Below, piece after piece: positions 50,438 through 61,877 of a stretch of DNA of 64,000 nucleotides (position 1 is its first letter; the number at the start of each line of letters is the position of its first letter). A model generated the notes under the pieces. It searched no databases. It saw nothing but the letters and a program-made list of their open reading frames with translations, and had not been told where the DNA came from. This stretch comes from an uncultured delta proteobacterium. Lineage in GTDB: Bacteria; Desulfobacterota; Syntrophia; Syntrophales; UBA4778. Position numbers and translations under genes: made by a program. The DNA is taken from assembly GCA_963784735.1 (NCBI GenBank), contig CAWASK010000004.1:9427-73426 (forward strand). Reading direction: 5' to 3'.

Positions 50438-51785
50438 CTGAAGATAAAATCTTTTTTCACATCCGTAAGATTGACGCTGACCCTGCTTGTCCTCATAGCC
50501 CTGGCCGCGATTGTGGGGACGCTGGTCCCCCAGGGCGGGGCCACCGAGGAATTGTCCCGCAAACTGGGGCCCGGCGTTTTTTCCCTGCTCAATGCCCTGC
50601 AGATTTTCGACCTTTACCATTCCGTGTGGTTTTATGTTTTGATGGGCCTGCTGGCGGCAAATCTCATTGCCTGCTCATGGGCAAGGTTTCCGTCCACGTT
50701 GAAACTCCTGCGCAAAAGGGAAGGGGCCGGTTCCTTCCCGGAATCCGGGGAAGCATTGCCTGCGGTGGAATTGAGCGAGGGGGGCGAAAACGCGGCAAAG
50801 CGCATCGAATCCATCCTGAAAAAATCTAAATTCGGCAAGACCCAGATCTCCGGAAATATCGTCTATGGCGAGAAGGGCGCTTTCTCTCATTTCGGGGTCT
50901 ATTTTGTCCATTTGAGCGTAATCGTCATCATTATCGGGGCCGTCATAGGCTCACTAATGGGCTTCGACGGTTACGTCAACATTCCCGAGGGCGCTGCGGT
51001 GGACGAAATCATGCTGAAAAACGGCAAGGGCATACAGCCGCTCGGGTTTTCGATCAGGTGCGACAGTTTCAAGGCCGAGTTTTACAATACGGGCGCTCCC
51101 CGGGAATTCCGGTCGGAAATCACCCTCCTGAAGGACGGCGCCCCCGTACTGCAGGGTCCTCTGACCGTCAACAATCCGCTACACTTCGAGGGGGTGAGGA
51201 TCTTCCAGGCGAGCTACGGAGAGGAGGCTGGGGAGGCCGTACTCAGCATAAAATCACCCTTCGGGCTCCACGCTGGTCACGGCCGGGCGGGGGGACAGCT
51301 TCGGCCTGCCGGGGAGCTCTATCCAGGCTTATGTGCTGCGCGTCGAAAGAGACCTGATGCGAATGGGGCCTGCCGTTAAACTGGCGATCGACACGCCCGG
51401 CGGCGAGGTCCAGCTCTGGGTCTTCCAGGAGATAAAGGGGATAATGAAGGAACACCCCGGCATCTTTCAAATGGCGCCCATGTTCAACCCGGCACTGGTT
51501 GCCCCGTACACGTTTTCCCTCGAGGGGATCAAATCAAAACAGTTCACCGGCCTCCAGGTCAACAGCGACCCGGGGCTGCCCGTGGTCGGGGCAGGCGCGG
51601 CCCTCATGATATTCGGTTTCCTCGTGATATATCTCATTTCCCGCCGGCAGGTATGGGCAAAAATTGAAAATATCGGCAGCGGCAAGGTCCGCGTCAGGGT
51701 AGCGGGAAAGAGCAGCAGGGACCCCGTGGGCCTCGAGAGGGAAATAAAAAGGGTGATGGAAGCCGTCCGGCAGGGGGTGAGTTAA
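50438..51785 (+). pseudogene. resB: cytochrome c biogenesis protein ResB/Ccs1 (system II), 1 frameshift near 51262 as sequenced; start codon uncertain
   Basis: 'KIKSFFTSVRLTLTLLVLIALAAIVGTLVPQG...IFDLYHSVWFYVLMGLLAANLIAC'. There is no ATG, so the start is CTG at 50438 or TTG at 50471. The C-terminal part is in ORF 51333..51785 ('TGLQVNSDPGLPVVGAGAALMIFG'). Confidence 0.85.
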
Positions 51786-52619
51786 ATGACGAGCACAGTA
51801 CTGCTGAGCTGGGTGACTTTCATATATCTCGCCGCCGGGGTTTTCTATCTTGCCAGGGTTATCACCGGTAAAGATTTCCCCGGGCGCGCCGCCACCGCTG
51901 TCGGAGTGGCCGGGCTGGCGCTCCAGACGGCCGCCCTGGGTTTGAGGTGGATTGAGTCTTACCGGCTGGGCATCGGGCATGCGCCGCTCTCGAATTTTTT
52001 CGAATCGCTGGTGTTCTTCGCGTGGTCCGTCATGCTCATCTATTACATAGTGGAATTCCGCACCAGGAACCGGGGGCTCGGCGTTTTCGTGGTCCCCCTC
52101 GCGTTCATTTCCCTGGCCTATGCCTCGCTCTCCCCCGGCGTCAACAGCCAGATACAGCCCCTCGTGCCGGCCCTTAAAAGCAACTGGCTCCTGAGCCATG
52201 TGCTTACCTGTTTCCTGGGGTACGCTTTTTTCTCAATCGCGTTTTGCCTGGGGATAGTGCGGCTCTGGAAAGGCCGGACGGGGAACCCGGGCAGCGGGCT
52301 GAATTTCCTCCCGGGCCTGGACGTCATCGACGAGCTGATTTACCAGAACACTTTCCTGGGGCTCGTTATTTTCACCCTCGGGATAATCACGGGGGCGGTC
52401 TGGGCGCAGCGGGCCTGGGGCTCTTACTGGAGCTGGGACCCCAAGGAGACGTGGTCGCTCGTGACGTGGATCGTCTACGCGGCGATGGTCCATGCCCGGT
52501 ATGTCCGCGGCTGGCAGGGCAAGCGGATCGCCGTCATGTCCATAGTCGGCTTCGCCGCCGTGCTCTTCACCTACCTGGGCGTAAATTACCTCCCGGGCCT
52601 GCACAGCTATCTGAAATAG
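51786..52619 (+). CDS. ccsA: cytochrome c biogenesis protein CcsA/ResC (system II heme handling)
   Basis: 277 aa, polytopic. It carries the tryptophan-rich WWD motif 'WAQRAWGSYWSWDPKETWSLVTW'. The ATG lies 1 nt after the resB stop. Confidence 0.9.
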   Translation: MTSTVLLSWVTFIYLAAGVFYLARVITGKDFPGRAATAVGVAGLALQTAALGLRWIESYRLGIGHAPLSNFFESLVFFAWSVMLIYYIVEFRTRNRGLGVFVVPLAFISLAYASLSPGVNSQIQPLVPALKSNWLLSHVLTCFLGYAFFSIAFCLGIVRLWKGRTGNPGSGLNFLPGLDVIDELIYQNTFLGLVIFTLGIITGAVWAQRAWGSYWSWDPKETWSLVTWIVYAAMVHARYVRGWQGKRIAVMSIVGFAAVLFTYLGVNYLPGLHSYLK

Positions 52620-52653
52620 CTTCTCTCCTGATCTGGGAGTGTTGCCGCGCACG

Positions 52654-53304
52654 CCGCAAAACGTGCTTGGACTTTCTGGGATTTTATTAAGCTTTACCGA
52701 GCCCCGGAGCGGTCGGGCTTCATTCCTCGGGCCGTGTCTGCCTCACGTCATCGCCGTGCATAATGATATAAGTGGTCGAAATGTGAAGCAGCCAATCAGC
52801 CCTCCGGAATAAATCCCGCCCGCTCCTCAATCTATAGTTTTTTTCTTTTTATTTTTTTCAGTGTCAGGCAGGCGGGAGTGGGAGGGAATTTCCCGCAGGC
52901 GAATCGGGGATTTTGCCGAAGGCAAAAGACCTTGAGCCGAAGGGAAGTTCCCTCACTCTCCCGCAAAACGCGCTTTGGTTTATGGGATTTTTTTAAGCCT
53001 TACCGAGCCCCCGGAGCGGTCGGGCTTCATTCCTCGGGCCGTGTCTGCTTCACGTCACCGCTGTGCATAATGATGTAAGTGGTCGAAATGTGAAGCAGCC
53101 AATCTGCCCTCCGGAATAAATCCCGCCCGCTCCTCACGCTGTAGTTTTTCTTTTTATTTTTTTCAGCGTTGGGTCATGCGGGAGGGGGAGGGAATTTCCC
53201 GCAGGCGAATCGGGGATTTTGCCGAAGGCAAAAGACCTTGAGCCGAAGGGAAGTTCCCTCACTCTCCCGCAAAACGCGCTTAGGTTTATGGAATTTTTTT
53301 AAGC
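52654..53304 (-). repeat. tandem array (about 2.1 units, period 305-306 bp) of the composite A+B structured repeat
   Basis: - A' tail at 52654-52692.
- B' at 52693-52837.
- T-rich linker at 52838-52861.
- A' at 52862-52998.
- B' at 52999-53144.
- Linker at 53145-53166.
- A' at 53167-53304.
Strand is given as minus because the UUCG-capped orientation of module A reads on the minus strand here. Confidence 0.9.
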
Positions 53305-53393
53305 TTCACAGACGCCCGGAGCAGTTCAAAGGTGTGCAGAGCAGACGGGAATGGTTCCCGTCCGCTCCCGGTTAGAGTGTGATGGGGTGGAGA

Positions 53394-53729
53394 TCAGCCG
53401 CCTTCCCAGCCCTTGAACCTGTGCAGGCTTGCAGGGCTCCTTTCCGGGTAATAGAATTCTTCGTAGGTTGTCTTTTCGCCAAGGATGGAATCAATCTTCT
53501 GCTGCAGTTCCTCCCTCTGGGGGTTGGACTTCCACTGCCGCCATTCGTCGATGCTGTTCCAGGAGCTGATTACGAGGTACTCGTCGGGGTTCACGGCGCT
53601 GCGCAGGGTCTCGCCGGAAACGTAGCCGCCCTGCTCCATTGCCAGCGACCTGAGCTTCATAATCAGGGACAATATCTCGCCGCTTTTCTCTTTAGAGACT
53701 TTTCGCCTGATAAGGATCTTCGCCGCCAT
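53394..53729 (-). CDS. antibiotic biosynthesis monooxygenase (ABM) family protein
   Basis: 111-aa ORF with 'YVSGETLRSAVNPDEYLVISSWNSIDEWRQWKSNPQREEL'. Confidence 0.7.
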   Translation of the reverse strand: MAAKILIRRKVSKEKSGEILSLIMKLRSLAMEQGGYVSGETLRSAVNPDEYLVISSWNSIDEWRQWKSNPQREELQQKIDSILGEKTTYEEFYYPERSPASLHRFKGWEGG

Positions 53730-53762
53730 TTTTTTGCCTCCTTTCCTGGTTGTCCGGACAGA

Positions 53763-54545
53763 TCAACTTTCCCCGTACTTCTTCCATTCAAACCAGCCCG
53801 TCAGGTTGAGCCGTGCGGCCCACCTGTCTATCATTTCGTTGTCGCCCTCGTGGCTGTTGACGTACTCCTGTTCCGTTATCCTCGCCAGTGTCCCGCCCTC
53901 GAAGATGAAGGGGGTATTGTGGTAAGGGGCAACGAAGTCGAGATGGAAATGGTCCTCCAGGGTCTTGAAAAAGGCATAATTCATAATGTTGGAACTGTTG
54001 TAGACCTTGAGAGGTGTAATGCTTTTCAGGTCTTCGGAAAGCGAGAGGACCGCCGTAATCCTCTGTTTCCTGATCGATTCCAGCTGGATCGGCCGCAGGT
54101 CCGGGAACTCGTCATAGATCTGTTTGTCGATCATTATATCAGGCGGCATCTTGGTGAGCTGGTAGACGACGCCCTCGTACCAGAGCCTGACGAGCTGCTT
54201 GACTTTCTCTTTGCCGGCCTTCTCGCCGATGCGGCGGATGTCCTCCTCCGTCTCCATTATGTAGCTCATCATCGTCCGGCGGTTGGCGACGGGAATGCGG
54301 CGCTTTTCCTCGGGGGCGCTGTAAATCCTTATGAGATGGCAGCACTGGTTGGCTATTATGTAATTGGCCTGCCTGTCGGCGCCCGGCCTGAGCACGAGCC
54401 GGTGTGCCTCTCTGTCCTTTCCCGCCGGCTCGATGCGGGCCGATACCGGCAGGCTGCTGATTTCGGAGGTTTCAAAGCCTTTGCCCGTTATTTCCCGCAC
54501 CCTTTCCATGAGGTGCCTGACTGATGAAATCAATTCGGTTGCCAT
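53763..54545 (-). CDS. hypothetical protein (260 aa), no family recognised
   Basis: An intact ORF with balanced, protein-like composition. The 381-aa plus-strand ORF 53379..54524 opposite it is an R/G/P/L-rich shadow. Confidence 0.6.
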   Translation of the reverse strand: MATELISSVRHLMERVREITGKGFETSEISSLPVSARIEPAGKDREAHRLVLRPGADRQANYIIANQCCHLIRIYSAPEEKRRIPVANRRTMMSYIMETEEDIRRIGEKAGKEKVKQLVRLWYEGVVYQLTKMPPDIMIDKQIYDEFPDLRPIQLESIRKQRITAVLSLSEDLKSITPLKVYNSSNIMNYAFFKTLEDHFHLDFVAPYHNTPFIFEGGTLARITEQEYVNSHEGDNEMIDRWAARLNLTGWFEWKKYGES

Positions 54546-54598
54546 GGGACCATTTTATATGAGAGGGCCCCATATCTCCAAGAAGTTTGTTGCCGAAT

Positions 54599-55951
54599 TT
54601 ACCTGCCGGGCGCTTTCCTTTCACCTCCCCATTTTTTCAGGACAAATTCGAGGGCCTCTTCTCTGGAAGCCAGTTCGCCTTCCGCCTGGAGGTCGTCGAC
54701 CTCGGCGAGGATGCGGCTGAAAAGCGGCCCCGGGGTGAAGCCTGTTTCAATAAGATCATTCCCGTCGATCAGGGGAGGGGGCGGCGGCTCTTCCCCTTCC
54801 AGCTGCACCAGTTTCTCCCGGCAGAACTCATACGTGCCCAGATCGCCGCTGCCTGCCAGGCTGTCGAGCCTGTGCAGCTCAAGGTGGAGGGCGAAATCCG
54901 GCATGCTGAGAAATCTCCTCAGCTTGAGGGGCCTCATCCGGCTCACGTTTATGAAATCCATGTGGCGGCGGATCAGGGAGTCGACTGTGTGCGTATCGCT
55001 GTTGGAAAAACGCAGGCGCATCATGATCCCGGCGGCTATTGACCTGCCTTCGGCGGCATGCCCGTAGAAATGGATCCCCCTGGCGTCCACTGACTGTGAC
55101 CGGGCTTTGCCGACGTCGTGGAGGAGGGCGGCCCAGGCAAGCCGTGGGTCGGCCCGCCCGCCCTGGCCGGTAGACAGTATTTCCAGCATTTTAAGAGTAT
55201 GCTCCCAGACGTCGCCTTCGGGGTGGAAGAGAGGGGGCTGTTCGACGGCATGCAGGGAGTCCACTTCCGGGAGCAGCAGTTTCAGCAGGCCGGAAGAATC
55301 GAGGAGTTCCATCCCCCTGCGGGCATTGCACCCGGTGAGGATCTTCGTGAGCTCTTCCCGTATCCTTTCCGCGCTGATGCGCAGGATGGAGGGCGCCTTC
55401 TCCTTGATTGATTCCATGGTACGGTGTTCGATTTCGAAACCGAGGTTGGCGGCAAAACGCAGCGCCCGCAGCATCCTCAGGTGGTCCTCGGAAAACCTTG
55501 CGTCGGGGTCGCCGATCGTGCGGATGAGTTTTTTTTCTATATCTTCCCTGCCGCCCACGAAGTCCAGTATCCGGCCGGTCTCCGGGTCCATGAGAAGCCC
55601 GTTCACGGTGAAGTCCCTGCGCCTGACGTCCTCCTCGGCGCTGGCCGCAAGCGCGACGCGTGCCGGCCTCCTGCCGTCGGCATAGTCTTCTTCAGTCCGG
55701 AAGGTCGCGACCTCGTATTTTTCGCCCTCCTCCAGGACTATTATGACCCCGAAACTCTCGCCTACTGAATAGGTCCGGGGAAACAGGCGCCGCACGTGCT
55801 CTGGCTTTGCCGAGGTTACAACGTCGTACTCCCGCGGCTCGATGCCCCGCACCAGGTCGCGCACGCTGCCCCCGACAAAATAGGCCTCGAAGCCTGCATT
55901 TCTGAGCCGCCTCACAACTTTGGCCGCTTTCTGGAACAACAGGGTTTCCAT
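54599..55951 (-). CDS. cca: CCA-adding tRNA nucleotidyltransferase (PolyA_pol head plus HD domain)
   Basis: 'AYFVGGSVRDLVRG...DYDVVT', 'FRTEEDYADGRRP', 'RRDFTVNGLLMD' and the HD motif 'LLHDVGK'. 450 aa, frame intact. Confidence 0.9.
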   Translation of the reverse strand: METLLFQKAAKVVRRLRNAGFEAYFVGGSVRDLVRGIEPREYDVVTSAKPEHVRRLFPRTYSVGESFGVIIVLEEGEKYEVATFRTEEDYADGRRPARVALAASAEEDVRRRDFTVNGLLMDPETGRILDFVGGREDIEKKLIRTIGDPDARFSEDHLRMLRALRFAANLGFEIEHRTMESIKEKAPSILRISAERIREELTKILTGCNARRGMELLDSSGLLKLLLPEVDSLHAVEQPPLFHPEGDVWEHTLKMLEILSTGQGGRADPRLAWAALLHDVGKARSQSVDARGIHFYGHAAEGRSIAAGIMMRLRFSNSDTHTVDSLIRRHMDFINVSRMRPLKLRRFLSMPDFALHLELHRLDSLAGSGDLGTYEFCREKLVQLEGEEPPPPPLIDGNDLIETGFTPGPLFSRILAEVDDLQAEGELASREEALEFVLKKWGGERKAPGR

Positions 55952-56086
55952 GCAGAAAAACTATAGGCAAAAGCCCGGAAGCTCAAGCTTTTTTGCGCAG
56001 CCTATCCCAAGCTTGCCCTTTTCCTTGACGCAGGCCCGCCTTTTTACCTATATTCTAAAAAAACAAATTCTCGCACGGAGGAACAG

Positions 56087-58816
56087 ATGGCGTTCGAGGT
56101 ACGTCCCCCGGTCAGAAGCATCAGGCCGTTTTTGATCCTGCTCGCAGTCGGCATCCTGCTGATGTTTTCCTGGAATGTTGTTTCTCTGGTGGCAGACTGG
56201 CTGTGGTTTGTCGAGGTCGGGTATCATAATGTCTTCACCACGACATTCACGGCGAAAATTGCGGCATTCCTTATCTTCGGCATAGCCTTTTTTATCATAT
56301 TTTTTGGCAATCTTTTCCTGGTGAACCGTCTGACGTCGAAGCTCGTCGTTATCGACAGGGACGATCAGTTCCAGGTGCCCCCGTTCCTGGCGGAGCGCCG
56401 GGCCACCCTGAAGTTTATCCTGATCTTATCCGCTGTTTTTTCCCTGCTGGCCGCCCAGGTGGGTGTCGCCCAATGGGAATCGCTGCTGCTGCTCCTGTAT
56501 GGCCTTCCCTTCGGCATCAAGGACCCCCTTTTCGGGAAAGACATCGGCTTCTACGTCTTCAGCATGCCTTTCCTGAGGTACGCTCACGGGTTCGCCGCGT
56601 TTTCTGTCATCCTGACTGCCGTTGTCACAGCCGTATTTTACACGATGCGCCGCTCGTTCCAGTTCACCCCGCCGAGGACATTTCGCATAGCCCCGGAAGC
56701 GCGGATTCACATGGCGTGCCTGGCGGCGGCCCTGTTTCTTATCAGTGCTTTCGGCTCCTGGCTTGATCTGTATGACCTGCTCTTTGAAAAAACCGGGGTC
56801 GTCTTCGGTCCTGGCTACACGCTGGCCACGACCCAGGTCTGGGCGCTTTACGCGCTGATATTTGCCTACATCCTCGGCGGGGCCGCTTTCATCGTCTACG
56901 CATTCCGGCCTAACTGGAGGATCCCGGCTCGCGGCAGTCCTGGTGATTGTGCTGATTTCGGTCGTAGGGAGGGGAATTTATCCGTCCATTATCCAGACAA
57001 TACAAGGTTGTGCCCAACGAGGTTGTCCTGGAGAAACCCTACCTCGAGCACAATATCAAGTATACCAGGATGGCATACGGCATCGATTCAGTCGAGGAGC
57101 AGGAATTTGCTGCGGAAGAGAGCCTCACGAGGCAGGACCTGCGCCGGAACGAGCAGACCATAAAGAATATCAGGCTCTGGAACCATGCCCCGCTGCTTTC
57201 CACTTACAGCCAGCTCCAGGAAATAAGGACTTATTACAAGTTCGGCGACGTGGACAACGACCGGTATGTCATCAACGGGGAATACAGGCAGACCATGCTG
57301 TCCCCCCGGGAGATTTCCTATGACGCCCTGCCTTCCCGCTCCTGGGTGAACGAGCACCTGACTTACACCCACGGCTACGGGGCGGTGCTGAGCCCCGTGA
57401 ACCGGGTGACCTCGGAGGGCCTGCCCGACTTTTTCATCAAGGACATACCCCCGGTAAGCTCCATCAACGTGAAAGTAACCCGGCCGGAAATCTACTTCGG
57501 CGAGAAATCAAATGAATACGTGATTGTGGGTGCAAAGGGCCCGGAATTCGACTATCCAGTCGGCGACAAGAACGTATATTCACGCTACGAGGGGCGCGGC
57601 GGGGTGCCCCTGTCATTCTGGAAAAAGCTGCTTTTTGCCGGGCGTTTCGGGGCTTTCAACATCTTGCTTTCCACAGACATCGGCCCGGGGAGCCGGATCA
57701 TGTACTACAGGAACATAAAGGAAAGGGTAATGCTCGTTGCACCTTTCCTGAGACTGGATAATGACCCGTACATGGTGATCACGGATTCCGGGAGGCTCGT
57801 GTGGATGATTGACGGCTATACCGTAACGGGCCGCTTTCCCTATTCCGAGCCGGCGGGACGGTTCGGCAACTACATCCGCAACGCCGTGAAGGCCGCCGTG
57901 GACGCCTATGACGGGTCGGTGAAACTCTACATCAGCGACCCCGCCGACCCTATAATCCGCACTTACAGCACCATCTTCCCCGGGACTTTCTTCAAATTCG
58001 AGGACATGCCGGCAGACCTGCTTGCCCACACCCGCTACCCCGAGGGCCTGTTCGCGATCCAGGCGAGGATGTACAGGGCCTACCACATGCAGGACCCTCA
58101 GGTCTTTTATAACAAGGAAGACCTTTGGTCCATCCCCGCGGTGCAGCAATGCAGGGGGGCAGGAACAGGAAATGGAGCCTTATTACACGATAATGCGCAT
58201 CCCCGGGCAGAAAAAAGAGGAATATATACTGCTGCTGCCCTTCACGCCCAGCAAGCGCGACAACCTGTCGGCCTGGATGGCGGCGCGGTGCGACGCTGCC
58301 GAATTACGGGAAACTCGTCGTGTACGTATTCCCCAAGCAGCGGCTCGTGTACGGCCCCCGCCAGATCGAGGCCAGGATAAACCAGGACACATATATCTCC
58401 CAGCAGTTGAGCCTCTGGAACCAGCGCGGGTCGCAGGTGATCAGGGGGGGCATGCTTGCGATACCGATCGAGCGGTCGATCCTTTATGTGGGCCCCCTTT
58501 TCCTGGCGGCGGAAAAAGGCCAGCTGCCCGAGCTCAAAAGGGTAATAGTGGCCTACGGGAATTCCATAGTCATGGAAGAGACCCTCGATGCGGCCCTGCA
58601 GCGCGTCTTTGGAGGCGGGGCGCCCCTACAGGGCCTGACCGCGCCGAATCCGCGGCTGCGCCGGGCGCGCCGAAATCGGACAAGGCCATCGCGCTGGAGG
58701 CCCTTTCCCATTTCAGGAAAGCGCAGGAATATCTCAAGCAGGGCAACTGGGCCGCCTACGGGGAGGAAATGAACAGGGTCGCGGCAATCCTGAAGTCGGC
58801 GGAAAAGCAGCCCTAG
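56087..58816 (+). pseudogene. UPF0182-family large membrane protein (about 910 aa), 5 frameshifts as sequenced
   Basis: - N-terminal TM bundle: 'VADWLWFVEVGYHNVFTTTFTAKIAAFLIFG'.
- 'VVPNEVVLEKPYLEHNIKYTRMAYGID', 'IRLWNHAPLL...YYKFGDVDNDRY', '[26 protein letters not shown]', '[25 protein letters not shown]'.
- Tail: '[27 protein letters not shown]'.
- Frame order is 2,0,1,2,0,2. Confidence 0.8.
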
Positions 58817-59226
58817 AATTCAATGCTGAGGGTGACCTTCGGTTCGAAGATCTTCCCGACGGTCTCGAATTTCTCCTGGTAGGTGGGGGCATTCTGGAGC
58901 GTGTCGGGGAGCGACTTCAGCATGCTCCATTTGTCTATCCTGTCCCGCTCAAAGGGGTCTACGCTCTCGCCTGCGGACATCATCCTCGAGAAATTCAGGC
59001 GGACGCGGGAACCCGCCCTGGCCTCGCTTTTCTTTTCCTGGAGAGTTTCAGACTCCACCAGGTGGGAAAAGTCCTCAAATTCCTCCAGGGAGTACCGGGA
59101 AGGCAGCATAAGGGTGTAATCCGGCGACAGTTCCTGCCGGACCGTGAACTTTTCGAATGGCATGAATACGTCATTCCCAAGCACGGCAGGCGGGTAGAGG
59201 AATATCAACAGGGCTAAAAAAATCAT
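58813..59226 (-). CDS. hypothetical exported protein
   Basis: Internal start '[17 protein letters not shown]' (signal peptide). No family recognised. Confidence 0.5.
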   Translation of the reverse strand: MIFLALLIFLYPPAVLGNDVFMPFEKFTVRQELSPDYTLMLPSRYSLEEFEDFSHLVESETLQEKKSEARAGSRVRLNFSRMMSAGESVDPFERDRIDKWSMLKSLPDTLQNAPTYQEKFETVGKIFEPKVTLSIEF

Positions 59227-59404
59227 GCAGTTACTTCCTGTCCTGGCTTTATAGCCGGGATTCCCTATCACCAGTCTGTGCTCGTGGTCAAGGACAAACA
59301 TTTTGCCGGCAATCCTGATTCAAACTCGGGGAAAGTAATTGATCAAGGCGATTCCGGACTGCAGTAATCTCCGCCGCGCCTAAAAAATGTCCGTTTTGCG
59401 CTTA

Positions 59405-59608
59405 TCAGGGGGGATTACGCCTGATTCCCCGTGCCTCCCTTTTCTGCTTCCTCTTTTCACGGTTGATCATAATTGTGACGACGATGATGAAAACAAGGGG
59501 GACGCCCCCCAGGATCACATTCGCCACCGTCAATGGCGCGCCCAACAGGTAATAAAGGGAGATCAGTACGATCCCCCCCAGGAACCAGTACATCAAGGCT
59601 GGACTCAT
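59405..59608 (-). CDS. small membrane protein (about 67 aa) downstream of thiC
   Basis: '[61 protein letters not shown]': two TM helices and a basic tail. The start overlaps the thiC stop. Confidence 0.5.
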   Translation of the reverse strand: MSPALMYWFLGGIVLISLYYLLGAPLTVANVILGGVPLVFIIVVTIMINREKRKQKREARGIRRNPP

Positions 59609-60898
59609 GATGCTTTCCCTTCCTTTTCTCGCTTTCCGAGCTTGATGGCGCAGAATTCGCCGCACATCGTGCAGCCCTCATTTTGGGCGGATTCGCTCTT
59701 CTCCAGGAGCTTCCCCGCCGTTTCCGGGTCGATGGAGCCGGCGATCTGCCCTTCCCAGTCAAAATTGCTCCTGCACCTGGCCATGGCAAGGTCCTTTTCC
59801 ATGCTGCCTCTCACCCCTTTGGCTATGTCGGCAACATGGGCGGCTATCCTCGAGGCGATCACGCCCTGCCGGACGTCCTCGAGCGAGGGGAGCCTCAGAT
59901 GTTCGGCCGGAGTGACGTAGCAGAGGAAGTCCGCACCCGAGGCCCCGGCAATGGCCCCCCCGATAGCCGAGGTTATGTGGTCGTAACCGGGGGCTATGTC
60001 CGTCGGGAGCGGTCCGAGCACGTAAAAGGGTGCGCCGTTGCAGAGCTTTTTCTGCAGGACCATGTTGGTTTCTATGTCGCCCAGCGGGACATGGCCGGGC
60101 CCTTCGATCATCACCTGGACGCCCTTTTCCCTTGCCACCTTTGTAAGCTCTCCGAGGATGAGAAGCTCCTGGACCTGGCCCCTGTCAGTTGCGTCGGCAA
60201 GGCAGCCCGGGCGCAAACCGTCCCCGAGGCTCAAGACCATGTCGTAGCGCCCGGCTATCTCGAGGAGCCGGTCGTAACTGGGAGTAGAGCGGATTTTCCT
60301 GGCCGTTGAGGTCCATCCAGTGGGCAAGCATGGAGCCGCCCCTGCTCACGATTCCCAGGACGCGGCCCTGCCGCCTTAACCGGTCCACGCTCTCCCTGGT
60401 GACCCCGCAATGCACCGTTATGAAATCGACCCCGTCCCGGCCGTTTTCCTCAATGACCCGGAACAGATCATCTGCCGTCATGTCCACCACTGCGCGTTTT
60501 TGCCCCACCGTCTCCAGGGCCGCCTGATAAATCGGGACTGTCCCGACCGGCAGGGGCGAATTGGCGATGACAGCCCTCCTGATTTCGGCAATGTTCCCGC
60601 CTGTCGAAAGGTCCATCACCGTATCGGCGCCGCACGATATACAGATCTTGATTTTCTCGATTTCCAGCCCGATGTCAACCCGATCTTTCGAGGTGCCGAT
60701 GTTGGCATTGATTTTTGTCCGCAGCCCCTTGCCTATGGCCAGGGCGCGGACGTTTTCATGAAACCTGTTGCGGGTGAGGACAATCGAACCGTCTTCGATG
60801 CCCCGGCGGATGAATTCAGGCTCCACGCCCTCCGCCGCCGCACAGCTTTCCATCTCCGGCGATATAAGCCCGTTGCGGGCTGATTCGAGCTGGGTCAT
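59605..60898 (-). pseudogene. thiC: phosphomethylpyrimidine synthase ThiC (short form), 1 frameshift near 60300 as sequenced
   Basis: 'RTKINANIGTS', 'GADTVMDLSTGG', 'VPIYQA', 'VDFITVHCGV', 'GIVSRGGS' (ORF 60185..60898), then '[10 protein letters not shown]', 'MIEGPGHVP', '[18 protein letters not shown]' and 'CTMCGEFCA' (ORF 59605..60327). Confidence 0.9.
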
Positions 60899-61815
60899 AA
60901 CAGTTTCCCCTTATCTTTCACCCGGTTGACGCAAACCGGACGTAATCTTGTCCGCCGCTTTTCTCCCGGAAGGCGGTACTCCACCTCCCCGATACATTCT
61001 CCTCTTGATGCTTCCACGAGGAGATGGGCCATATGGTTTGTCGGCCCGTGCCCCCGCCCCAGGCTGAAAGCGTTGCGAATGGCAAGTGTCACATATTCCT
61101 TGGCAGCGGCGACAGCGTCAGGCGCACTCAGGCCCTTTGCCAGGTACGTTGCGATCGCGCTGGCCAAAGTGCAGCCTGTACCGTGCGTGTTCTTTGTCTC
61201 TATGCGGGGCGACACAAACTCGTGAAAGGCCTCACCGTCGAACAGGATATCAAGGGCTTCTCCCTTCATGTGCCCGCCCTTGACGAGGACATTTTGCGGC
61301 CCCATTTCATGGATGGCCGCGGCGGCCTTCTTCATCCCTGCAAGCGACCTGATTTTCATCCCCGTGATCGCCTCAGCCTCGGGGATATTGGGGGTGAGGA
61401 CACAGGCAAGCGGCAGGAGGTGTCTGATAAGCGCCTCGCGGGCTTCCGGCGCCAGCAGGCGCGAGCCCCCCTTGGCGACCATGACGGGGTCGACTACGAT
61501 TTTCGGGACCTTGTAGCGGACCAGTTTTTTCGCTACGGCCTCTATTATCTCGGAGCTGGCGAGCATGCCGGTCTTCGCCGCGTCGATCCCGATGTCCGAA
61601 GCCACGGAATCGAACTGCTTCTCGATGAAACTGACGGGGACCTCGAAGACACCCTGCACGCCCGTGGTGTTCTGGGCCGTGAGGGCCGTGATCACGCTCA
61701 TGCCGTACCCGCCGAGGGCCGCTATGGTCTTGAGGTCGGCCTGGATGCCGGCCCCTCCGCCGGAATCGGAACCCGCTATGGTCAGAACTCTTTTAACTGC
61801 GCTTGCCTTATTCAT
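60895..61815 (-). CDS. thiD: hydroxymethylpyrimidine/phosphomethylpyrimidine kinase
   Basis: Start at '[30 protein letters not shown]'. 'VKTGML', '[11 protein letters not shown]' and '[13 protein letters not shown]'. The stop overlaps the thiC ATG. Confidence 0.9.
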   Translation of the reverse strand: MNKASAVKRVLTIAGSDSGGGAGIQADLKTIAALGGYGMSVITALTAQNTTGVQGVFEVPVSFIEKQFDSVASDIGIDAAKTGMLASSEIIEAVAKKLVRYKVPKIVVDPVMVAKGGSRLLAPEAREALIRHLLPLACVLTPNIPEAEAITGMKIRSLAGMKKAAAAIHEMGPQNVLVKGGHMKGEALDILFDGEAFHEFVSPRIETKNTHGTGCTLASAIATYLAKGLSAPDAVAAAKEYVTLAIRNAFSLGRGHGPTNHMAHLLVEASRGECIGEVEYRLPGEKRRTRLRPVCVNRVKDKGKLL

Positions 61816-61877
61816 GCCCCTCCAACGAAAAAGCCGCACCCCTGGATTCGGGATACGGCCTGTATTGACTTTGCAAC

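Noticed and set aside
52654-53304. Could the tandem repeat be a CRISPR array?
   Set aside because: The repeat unit is about 305 bp, and near-identical 'spacer' parts also repeat. There are no 25-40 bp repeats alternating with unique spacers, and there are no cas genes anywhere in the window.
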